Shown here one piece after another: positions 10,060 through 18,692 of a stretch of DNA of 23,930 nucleotides; position 1 is the stretch's first letter; every line of letters starts with the position of its first letter. The stretch comes from an uncultured Nitrososphaerales archaeon (GTDB taxonomy: Archaea; Thermoproteota; Nitrososphaeria; Nitrososphaerales; Nitrososphaeraceae), in the NCBI GenBank assembly GCA_963709405.1, contig CAVPXM010000049.1, positions 1 through 23,930 on the forward strand, read 5' to 3'. The notes beneath the pieces were generated by a model. It did no database searches and had not been told where the DNA came from. It worked only from the letters and a program-made list of their open reading frames with translations. Both the position numbers and the translations under genes were made by a program.

Positions 10060-11330
10060 TTAACGATAATTAGAAAAGCTATCTCGGCTACGCAGGGAAA
10101 GGCTTAGGCTATGCAATTCGCTAATAAGCCGGTTTATGGCCTTGTTAGCCGAACTGTAATAGATTGCCTGTTTAAACCAATTTGGAATTCTATTCTTACT
10201 AATGAAGAGATCGAATGCAGAGTCTAACACATAGGTATCCGCATAGTCAGTTTGTGAACGAACGCTACGGCCACAGGTCTGTACTAACCGTAAGGCTGTC
10301 TGCCAATTATACCATTGTGGGCTTCTCTTGCGTTTAGCATCTGTCCATTTATCGCTTGTATTTGGAAAAGGTACCTTTACCAGAATTTGAAATCGTGCGT
10401 AATCGTCTTTTAGGTCTAGGCCTGTATGTAATGACGGAGATATTAAGACTGTTGGTTTAGTTGATGCAAAGTGTTCTGCAATGATTTGGGTTCTACGACC
10501 ACCACCGGAATATTCTATGGCTGAAGTGGATACAGTAGGTATCAGTCTTCGTTTATTTTTTCGGCTTAGGTATTTCTCGATAAACTCTAGTTGGGTGTAT
10601 GACGTAGTATGAATTATACCCTTAGTATCTACATATTCATCCATTATCCTATCAACAGCCTTTGCTAGTGCCTGCTTAACGTTTTCAACTTGGAGGCTAT
10701 CCTTATTCAGATAAGTTATGTTTACTGGATAGACAGGTCTATTCTCTGGTGGAAGGTCTGAATCTACCGATATGAATTTTATTCTGTCTTTCTGTGGGTC
10801 TAGTCCTATGTTCCGGCAGAATGTATCTACATCTAGAATAGTGGCACTCATTATCAGATTGTGAGGACACTTTTCAAATAACTTTCTACAGTAACGTGCT
10901 ATATCAAGGGGTTTAAACTCTAGTTTTATTACTCTTCTTTTGTTGCTGCTGCTATTATTCTTGTCCCTATTATTATCTAATACGATATCTGAAACAATCC
11001 AATTTGTATAGTCTAGTTTTATGTCGGCTATGGTATCTTCTAGCTTGGCTACATAATCCTTGGCATTCTGCGCTATTTCTAGCGATTTCATGGTGAGGAT
11101 TGCATCAGCTATTTGTTTGGCTAGATCTCCTAGGAACGGAATCCACTTCTCTTCTATAGAGTCGTCATAACCATAGGGTACATTTTCCAGAACATAAGTT
11201 GGTATGAATTGCTGTATCGTTCTTTTTGAGATAGATATGCTAGTGTTACTTACTATCTGGGTTTCTATCTGATGACCCTCGTCTAAGACTAGGAGTTGTT
11301 TTTGTGGTAGTCCATTGATACTATTAGGCG
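10060..11330 (-). pseudogene. DinG/XPD(Rad3)-family SF2 helicase, 5'-truncated
   Basis: Frame stays open upstream of ATG 11091 and contains LLVLDEGH (motif II); then MSATI, GIIHTTSY, ISPSLHTGLDL, KVPFP, QTCGRSVRS..D. Motif I and the Fe-S domain are missing. Confidence 0.88.
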
Positions 11331-11491
11331 AAGAGACCTCATCTCAGTGGTTCGCTGAAAGTGGACCAATTGAACCCTATGTCTTAGCAGATCTTTATGC
11401 ATGGCTTGAAGCTCATTCCGGATTTACAAATCATGCTACAGCAGCCGCGCATGTCACTTCTACACCGTCCTCTAACTCTACTGCTAAATAG
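11327..11491 (+). pseudogene. C-terminal gene remnant, resembling the tail of an alpha/beta hydrolase
   Basis: SSQWFAESGPIEPYVLADLYAWLEAHSGFTNH..AK*, no start codon; the family assignment is from recall only. Confidence 0.45.
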
Positions 11492-11764
11492 AATAATCCC
11501 GAGAATAACGACTGTGCACATTGGTTTGTTTAGCATTTATTCTGACAGCTGATAAAATAAAATATTATCACTACTAATGGGGTATTTTTTCTTTCAGCTA
11601 TGGTACTTCCTAGTACCTGGACTGAAAGAAATTTACTGAGCGTTTGAATTTTCTCATTAAATAATGGTCTTGCAATTATGTAAGACTTGTACTGAACGAA
11701 AAAGCAAAGATGTTGAAGGGAAATAATCACCTGAGCGATAGTAAATCAGATCGATAGTATTTCC

Positions 11765-11807
11765 AGCGGATTCGGTGGAATGCAATTAAGTAGTGTATGT
11801 AATCCAC
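11765..11807. repeat. Inverted dispersed copy of the 6657-6763 repeat
   Basis: Reverse complement of 11765-11806 matches 6681-6722 at 34/42 positions without gaps. Confidence 0.8.
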
Positions 11808-12865
11808 TTTTTTGGACAAGTCATCAGATATCGTCTTGCGTGGATAAGTGAAAGCAATTCGTTATCGAGCTGCGATTTATACTGTCTTAGTATGTATAGA
11901 TGAAAGCCGAATGGGATGGTGCGCCATCCTGCTCTAAACAATACCGGTAGAGATTTTATATCGCTTTTCGTTTTGCATATCTCTAATACGACTGGCCGTC
12001 TTACACGTTAAGATATTACAGAATATTACCAAGTGTCTAATTAATCAAAAGCAGGTTGAGAGAGGACTTGATATGGCGCAAATGTGGATTTATACATAGA
12101 AATTGGATCTGATATCATTTAACACCCAGGATACCCGGGTTATTTTCTAACCTAAAGAAGAATTTTCTTTGGATTCAGAAAGAATTATGAAAGGAAAGTA
12201 AACCAACAGATAAAATCAGATGTGTGTGGGAATAGATTTTATGAACATATAGAAGAACAAAAAACTGCGGTATCAGAATACCTAAACAAAACATTTGGAA
12301 TATGGTATGACGACATTAAATATGACACTTGACTTAGAAGATGCTCTAACGGAACTAGAGACATACCAAAGTTTTTTAGCAGATATTATGGATGAAGAGG
12401 CTAGACGTGAAATGAATGAGTAAGATTAAAAGTTGTTAATCACGCATATGTGCTACATTAAGCGTGCACCTCATGGTAGACGTTCATATTTTATCATCTT
12501 AACCAAACGTCAGTCTATACATTTGATCTCTCAATTCAGAAAACCTTTTTAATCTGATTTATTTCATAACGTAAATAGAAGATGCTATGTCCGATATGTT
12601 TATCCTGGATCTGATCTAATATCCGATTGGATGTACCGTATCTTTTACAAATATTAGATACTGTATCGCCAGTCCATTCTTTTTCGTGTATTAGATTAAA
12701 CCTTGTTCTGCTTTCTATATGGATTCACTTCCTGCCAGAAGTGTAACCCATGTCTGTAAGCTAAATTGTCACCTATGTTAGGAAGTACAACAGCTAAGTA
12801 AACGTTGTAACGAAAGGGAATTTAAATTACGGATGCGAGTCAAGGGCGCGCGCGCAAGAATCTGA

Positions 12866-13773
12866 TCATGTGTGCAACTTTTCCTGTATAGCAGCATCTA
12901 ACCTCACCCCTGGATACTCTTGACGCTCTTTTCTAATTCTAATTCCATTACCCTGTTTCATATCCTTTGAGTAAATACGAAGTAATGCATGTTCTCCGTC
13001 CTCCCATGTCATCTCGAATTTCTCTCCTGCGTACTCACTTGAAGAATCTGTACCAAAGTGCCACATAGTTACAATCCAGGAATTATGATTTGGAATATGA
13101 ATTTGAGGCAAGTGGGTTATAGCATGTGGGCAGCCTATTACCGATGCCAACAGTCTCTCTTCTACCGATGTTAGTATACTTGACAAGCGGATAAGACCTT
13201 CATGATCAACAACTACTGGTTTCATAGAACATGATATGATGACACTCACTGTATCAGAATGGTGCACAATTGTCTTTGCCTCCATATCATAGGTCTGAAT
13301 AGGCATTAGAGAAATATCTTTACTCACTCCATTAGGTGTCAGCTCAGGATGGTACGATGTATGGTTGACCAGATCCCTTCAGTTTTGAATCTAAGGCGGA
13401 TATTGTGTACTGAGTGTCTTTCAGACTGTAAGTTATCGATAAATGACAGTGATGACACTGGAGTGACCACCATACGGTTATCTGTCACTGCCGGTTTAGG
13501 TTTAGCAAAGTTAAATCCCTTTAAGCTGTAAAATGCAGGACCAGAATAGTATTCTAGTTGCGCATAACCATTTCTTACATATTGCGAAATCTTATTCCTA
13601 TACGTTCCATGAGTCATGCTATATTTCTTGTCATCTACTTCAAATTCTAAAAAATCGAGATAACAAAACGGTCTTTTCTCGAATCGTACTATCCTTTGCA
13701 TATGAACCTTCATTGCATAATCTAACTTTGTCTTGCCCATTCCTTCGTCGCCCAGAATACTAAACACTAGCAC
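12866..13773 (-). pseudogene. Hypothetical protein (possible replication initiator) split by one frameshift
   Basis: ORFs 13339-13773 and 12866-13327 join at ~13355 (..GIWSTI /fs/ YHPELTPNGVSKDISL..). wHTH-like N-terminus (HGTYRNKISQYVRNG), HNIRLRF, IVTMWHFGTD. Rep function is inference. Confidence 0.6.
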
Positions 13774-13788
13774 GTGTCAGTGTCATCG

Positions 13789-14466
13789 TTAATTCGAGTC
13801 AAATTGTTGTTCTCCTATTCGAATGTCAGTTAGTCTTCTATTGACAACATCAACCTTAGCAGCAAATAAGACTTCAGACACAGCACTATTCTTTCTAAGA
13901 GATGATTGCATATGGCTGCGCAGCTCCTCAAATGGAAATTCGAATTGGACATCAAATGATTTATTGTCTTCATAATTATCTGGTGTGTACGCTTCTAACT
14001 CAGACATTACTTCTAGATCCTTACCAACAGGAGATGCATCTGTGTTCAGATTTTCTATATCTGGAGGTCGGCCCTCATAATTTACAACATCTGATGTTGC
14101 AGCTGATTCAATTTCCGAGTTTCCGGATGCGTCAACCTCAATTTCTTTCATATTCTCCTTTGAAAGCGAAGTATCTTCGCTTTTGGTCGTGTATTTGCGC
14201 TTATACTCTGGTGGTAAGCAGTCTTCTATCCACTTTGCAGTGATCTTTCCTTCCCTTATCTTATCTTTCAAGATCTCTTTTATTTTTCTAGATACTTGAT
14301 CCCTTTCACATCGCTTGCTTTCATCCAGGCGGCGCGCGAGTTCATGTATAAGATCCTTTGCCTTCATGAAATTCTTGCCAAGTTGATCAACAACTAGCCT
14401 AAGGTCAATGATGATGCCTTTGATTGTTTGATCGTCTGAAAGACTATTATCATATTCTTCATTCAT
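13789..14466 (-). CDS. Hypothetical helical/HTH-like protein with in-frame palindrome
   Basis: 225 aa; upstream GAGGT RBS-like site; paralogs at 9297 and 20733. Confidence 0.8.
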   Translation of the reverse strand: MNEEYDNSLSDDQTIKGIIIDLRLVVDQLGKNFMKAKDLIHELARRLDESKRCERDQVSRKIKEILKDKIREGKITAKWIEDCLPPEYKRKYTTKSEDTSLSKENMKEIEVDASGNSEIESAATSDVVNYEGRPPDIENLNTDASPVGKDLEVMSELEAYTPDNYEDNKSFDVQFEFPFEELRSHMQSSLRKNSAVSEVLFAAKVDVVNRRLTDIRIGEQQFDSN

Positions 14467-14486
14467 GTCTCTTTACCTCTCTTTAA

Positions 14487-14690
14487 TTAACTATGTCGAC
14501 GCATCCGTGTTTTGGCAGAACCCTTAGATCGCGCCTCTTTGGCATCCTCAAATTGTCGATACCGGAATATGCATTCGTCTTCTTTCTCAGTTACATCATG
14601 TTCTAACTGCTGAATTCTACTTTTGTATTCTTCGTATTTGGTGCAATTTGATTGATGGTTTTCGAATAATTTATTATTAGCATATGTCAT
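14487..14690 (-). CDS. Small coiled-coil hypothetical protein
   Basis: 67 aa; start overlaps the upstream stop (ATGA coupling). Confidence 0.6.
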   Translation of the reverse strand: MTYANNKLFENHQSNCTKYEEYKSRIQQLEHDVTEKEDECIFRYRQFEDAKEARSKGSAKTRMRRHS

Positions 14691-14893
14691 GTTTGTTGCA
14701 CCTCTTGGAATTTAGCAACACAATCTCTGCAAAGCAGTAGGGAAATTACTCCTAGGTTACCAACTTTTACCACAATCTTATCCGTAGCCTTTGAATAGCA
14801 TCCAGCAGCTTCGCATGTAACACTAAGTTCTGAATTGTTCTGATTTCTTTCTGTGAAAGTAAGTTCTTTAGTTAACATGAGTAAGATCCGCAC
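14687..14893 (-). CDS. Small Zn-finger protein
   Basis: CEAAGC...LCRDC four-Cys motif; first gene of the operon; true start may be ATG 14878. Confidence 0.7.
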   Translation of the reverse strand: MRILLMLTKELTFTERNQNNSELSVTCEAAGCYSKATDKIVVKVGNLGVISLLLCRDCVAKFQEVQQT

Positions 14894-14925
14894 ACTAAAA
14901 ATAGGTAAATGTTTTTTCGCATTTT

Positions 14926-15741
14926 ATGGCTGAAGAAGAAAAAAACCCTTCTCAACTGAGTGAGCTAGAAAATCATTATGTTGATCTTTATGTCATAAAT
15001 TGTGCTGCATTGTACCACATTTTAAGGATAAGATATAATGGTCCAAAAGACATTGCAAAAAAGATATTCATAAAGACTGCGAGGTCTAAGATTAAGATGG
15101 CTGAGAATTACTTGTTCTCATATGGATATAGAAACCCGCCTGCCATTTTTTCGCCTACTGAGTTAAATAAAATGCTTAAGAGAGATCTTGGAAAACCTCA
15201 CGGTTTATCTGACAATGAGACGTATTTGCGCCCTGCCGTTATTACTCAGATTCTGCAGGAGCTGGAACAATATGAAGTATATCATAATGTAAAAGGGAAA
15301 AAAGAATTGAGGAGACAAAAAAGAATAGGATCAGAAAAATCAAATTTCATCTACAAACGATCAGGCGGTAGACCTTCAGCCTACATGATTTCAGATATCT
15401 ACTCTAAGTCAAACGAAATTATCAGTAAGCCTGAAGTAAGAAATTTGATCCGCAAAAAACTCATTGATTATAATATTGGATTGCCTCTATGGAAATATAT
15501 ATTCATGGCAATTTTCTATTCATTCAAGATAGATAAAGAGGCGGCATCCAAAATACTTCTAATGGTTGGCCCGCCAATAGCTGAAGTAGATCCGTCTAAA
15601 ATTCAATCTCTATTCGATGAAATTGCTTCACTTGATGAGAACAAATTTGAAGAATTATCCGAACTGTACTCCAAACTTATGTTAGATAGTGGTTTTCATT
15701 TTTCAGTAACTGGTTTCTTGGGACTTATGCAACACAAGTAA
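14926..15741 (+). CDS. Putative winged-helix regulator of the integrated element
   Basis: 271 aa; FSPTELNK..ITQILQELEQ..SGGRPSAY wing-like motif; divergent from the operon. Confidence 0.65.
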   Translation: MAEEEKNPSQLSELENHYVDLYVINCAALYHILRIRYNGPKDIAKKIFIKTARSKIKMAENYLFSYGYRNPPAIFSPTELNKMLKRDLGKPHGLSDNETYLRPAVITQILQELEQYEVYHNVKGKKELRRQKRIGSEKSNFIYKRSGGRPSAYMISDIYSKSNEIISKPEVRNLIRKKLIDYNIGLPLWKYIFMAIFYSFKIDKEAASKILLMVGPPIAEVDPSKIQSLFDEIASLDENKFEELSELYSKLMLDSGFHFSVTGFLGLMQHK

Positions 15742-15921
15742 CAATATTACTCATATCATCTGTATAATCGGTAATACCCCAGCATAGCGCTTATCATACG
15801 TAAGTATGTAAATTTTCAGATTTATATAATTAAAGAGTTTGTCTTTGGTAGCTCAATAAAATATTTGAATCACATATCTACCAAATGATGCAGAAAGATG
15901 ATTCAAATAGAATCAAGTAAA

Positions 15922-17139
15922 TTAGCCAAGTTTCTTTTTCATTAATATCTCTGGCTTGACTTGCGTTAATTTAGGATTACGCTGTATCATTGACATAATC
16001 TGATTGAATCGCTGATTAGTCTCATCACGGATACTCTGTATATCATGTTCATATTTCTGCTTCATTGCTTGCATTTCCCTATCCTTTTCAGATAATTTTG
16101 ATTCAATGCTCTTGCCTCTAGCTTCCAGTGCAGTATAGTCAAGGAATGTAAGATACTTCATACATTTTGTGAGATAAATCTCTCTTCTCTCAGACTCTTT
16201 TTTCGTGTAATAGACGCTACCATTATGACCTAAGAACCATTCACTGTAGTCTCCTCCGACCTCATCAGAGAGCACTGTTTTGACAAAGCGTCGTAACGAA
16301 TGAAGTGTGATCTTCCTTCGTCTCATTCCATCTTTCCTTTCATCTAAACCAGCAACCTTTAGTACTTTAGTAAATTCTGTTTCTAACTTTATGTACAGAG
16401 TCTCGGGCTTTGATTCTACGTTAAATGTATTGAATATCAGATCATCGGGATTTAAGCTTCTTTCACGATATTTCCAATCTAACCATTGCTTAAGATATCG
16501 AGTTGTTTCATCTGAAATGAAAATATCTCGTGCAACTCTTGTTTTAGTATAGTCTGCGCGAATACGTATCATAGTGGGGTTGGCGTTAAAATTGATATCC
16601 TTTATTCTTATTGCACATCCTTCAACTGCGCGCAGTCCTCCGGATGCCAGAATCAAGAGATATGTTTTAAGCCTGCGGTTATTGCACGACAATAGGATTT
16701 TTCTAATATCTGCGGCATCTATTGGCTCCTCCTTCTCCTTAAGGGTTTTTGGTATCTTTACTTTCCTTTTAAATTTTGATGGTATGATATCTATATCGTA
16801 ATATGCAAAGTATGATTTTATACCTACTAGGTGAGTTTTTATGCTCTGGGGTTTACTTTTTTTCAGATTTTCCTTTATACATTCAAAGGAAACAAAATCA
16901 TCGAGTAACTCGTAAACATTTATCTGATTACATGATAGTGAATCGATAATAGAATCTACATTATATTCGCCGTTATATCGATTGTAAAGGAATCTTTGTA
17001 GGTGGACTAGCGCGGTTCCATAATTGCTTCTAGTCCTTATGCTGTTCTTTCCTATAGTATCTAAAAATGCTCTAGGCTTAGCATGTTTCTCAATTTTCCT
17101 ACGCACAGACTCCATTAACAATAGTTCATTTATGCTCAA
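15922..17139 (-). CDS. Tyrosine recombinase/integrase
   Basis: Full catalytic set: GGLRAVE (R), TKT (K), HSLRR (HxxR), LGH, SVYY (Y); N-terminal SAM-like region and C-terminal coiled coil. Confidence 0.95.
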   Translation of the reverse strand: MSINELLLMESVRRKIEKHAKPRAFLDTIGKNSIRTRSNYGTALVHLQRFLYNRYNGEYNVDSIIDSLSCNQINVYELLDDFVSFECIKENLKKSKPQSIKTHLVGIKSYFAYYDIDIIPSKFKRKVKIPKTLKEKEEPIDAADIRKILLSCNNRRLKTYLLILASGGLRAVEGCAIRIKDINFNANPTMIRIRADYTKTRVARDIFISDETTRYLKQWLDWKYRERSLNPDDLIFNTFNVESKPETLYIKLETEFTKVLKVAGLDERKDGMRRRKITLHSLRRFVKTVLSDEVGGDYSEWFLGHNGSVYYTKKESERREIYLTKCMKYLTFLDYTALEARGKSIESKLSEKDREMQAMKQKYEHDIQSIRDETNQRFNQIMSMIQRNPKLTQVKPEILMKKKLG

Positions 17140-17298
17140 TTCTAAATATAAACTATTTTAGTTATTATTTCATGTACAATATTTTATTCTTATACTGAAG
17201 ATTTTAGATAAAACAACAACCGAGTGGAAAAGGTTATGAAGTACGATATGTCACTTTAGAATAAGATAGGATGTAATCTGTCAATTAGAGTCATAATA

Positions 17299-17691
17299 AT
17301 GAGTACAAATAATAATAATAATCATATGTTGCAGTTTTTAAATCAAAAATACATAAATCTTGAGACTTACCGGAAAAATGGTCAGTCAGTACATACTCCG
17401 GTGTGGTTTGCTATAGACGGTGGGACAATATATATTAGAACCGATGTGCATTCTGGGAAGGTAAAACGCATGAAGAACAATCCGCACATACGCGTAACTC
17501 CCTCTGGAGCTCGCGGAGAGGCTAAAGGTAAATGGCTGGAAGGTCAGATGAAAATGGCAAGTTCTTTAGAATCTGAAAAGGCAAATCAACTTCTTGAACA
17601 AAAATATGGCGTACAAGGAAAATTAATTAGACTGATCAACAAGATTAGACGAACTAGGCCGATAGTACTTTCAATTCAAATACAAACATAG
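17299..17691 (+). CDS. PPOX-class F420-dependent oxidoreductase
   Basis: KYINLETYRKNGQSVHTPVWF..SGKVKRMKNNPHIRVTP..RG..KYG signature. Confidence 0.92.
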   Translation: MSTNNNNNHMLQFLNQKYINLETYRKNGQSVHTPVWFAIDGGTIYIRTDVHSGKVKRMKNNPHIRVTPSGARGEAKGKWLEGQMKMASSLESEKANQLLEQKYGVQGKLIRLINKIRRTRPIVLSIQIQT

Positions 17692-17966
17692 CTATGATTG
17701 TGAATACCGACTACAGAAAGTAGTTAGACATATGATGATTATTGCAAAGCGGAATCAAGTTGACATTTGAATCATTTTGATCTATTATTTATGAATATGC
17801 ATGATGAAATACATTCACATATAATACCATATATTCAGTATTTTTGTATTGTATAGGCCAACTAAATTTTTGAACGTGATTCCACATGCTGGGTTATAGA
17901 CTGACGGTATGATACGTCCATTTTTCTGAATGGCGATCACGCTATGGTTTGATAGGCTGATTTTAG

Positions 17967-18056
17967 TCATTTCTTTAGTTTTCTCTCCATATTATCCGTA
18001 AGCCTATTCAGTAAATCATCGAATGATTCACCAAACTTTCCAATCTCTCTAATAAC
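17967..18056 (-). pseudogene. C-terminal remnant of a small RHH/antitoxin-like DNA-binding protein
   Basis: VIREIGKFGESFDDLLNRLTDNMERKLKK*; G-ESFDD-L-RL is typical of small archaeal RHH proteins. The N-terminus is absent next to the CRISPR repeat. Confidence 0.6.
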
Positions 18057-18076
18057 CTATCCGAAAAGTAGTTGAG

Positions 18077-18173
18077 GTTGTAACTTGACTAATATAGGAT
18101 TGAAATAATCACTAGGCGGTACTCCGTCGCCCCCGCCTAGATGGTTGTAACTTGACTAATATAGGATTGAAAC
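18077..18173 (+). CRISPR. Orphan mini-CRISPR array, 2 repeats and 1 spacer
   Basis: 30-bp repeats GTTGTAACTTGACTAATATAGGATTGAAA(T/C) at 18077-18106 and 18144-18173 with a 37-bp spacer. GTT start and ATTGAAAN end match Cas6-processed type I/III repeats. No cas genes in the window. Confidence 0.8.
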
Positions 18174-18335
18174 TTGATACATGCATACTAGGTATAGGTA
18201 GATGAGCTAAAGCCTCATATTCTTCTGACATGACGCAATTTTTCTCCTTAAGCATATAGAAAGAAGCTATAAATTAAAAGTTCCTAAATAAGGGACAGGT
18301 CTGGATGCTGTGACTCCATATTTGTTATTTTTGTT

Positions 18336-18485
18336 TCAAGAGCGTGGGACATGGCGTCGCTTAGTTTGGACATAGGAGCTTTTTCTGCCGAAGCGTTTTT
18401 TGATGGGGATTAATGCTATAGTAGCTAACAGTGTTACTGCTAATGCAATAGCTACATATTCACCTCTAAGTTTTGTGGAGGTCAT
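18336..18485 (-). CDS. Small signal-peptide/TM protein, possibly a frameshifted remnant
   Basis: MTSTKLRGEYVAIALAVTLLATIALIP.. (49 aa); an alternative frame continues SKNASAEKAPMSK.. to a stop at 18284. Confidence 0.4.
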   Translation of the reverse strand: MTSTKLRGEYVAIALAVTLLATIALIPIKKRFGRKSSYVQTKRRHVPRS

Positions 18486-18529
18486 TGTGAGTCCTAACGT
18501 CTAGAATTATTTAAGGTTTGTTAAATACT

Positions 18530-18684
18530 TCTGCTATAATGTCTGTTATAAAACGACTGTTTGGAGAGCATCTGATGTCTAGATTGACTAGAACACAGAA
18601 TAGGGAATTGTCATTCAGATGCATAACCTACAACATGCATAGACTGACTAATCTGATAATACTGATGATGTTTTCTACAGAGCC
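18530..18684 (+). mobile_element. 3' fragment of an IS5-like DDE transposase with right end
   Basis: IMSVIKRLFGEHLMSR..QNRELSFRCITYNMHR followed by the IR-like end GTTTTCTACAGAGCC. Confidence 0.75.
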
Positions 18685-18692
18685 GAATCAAT

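Larger units (their letters stand above)
12866..17139. mobile_element. Cryptic integrated element (integrase, regulator, divergent 4-gene operon); att sites not located
   Basis: Intact tyrosine integrase, wHTH-like gene, and a tightly packed operon of Zn-finger, coiled-coil, HTH-like and Rep-like genes. No capsid or conjugation genes. Confidence 0.65.

Noticed and set aside
11913-11930. Hairpin GGATGG-TGCG-CCATCC
   Set aside because: Isolated 6-bp stem; no tRNA cloverleaf or gene context.
12170-12423. Coding-like fragments in several plus frames
   Set aside because: Too degraded to assign; no recognisable motif.
13349-16801. Plus-strand ORFs 13349, 13533, 13902, 16307, 16574
   Set aside because: Antisense shadows of the operon genes and the integrase.
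17140-17298. Search for an att direct repeat or tRNA fragment next to the integrase
   Set aside because: No convincing direct repeat shared with 11.5-12.8 kb and no tRNA 3' end found by eye.
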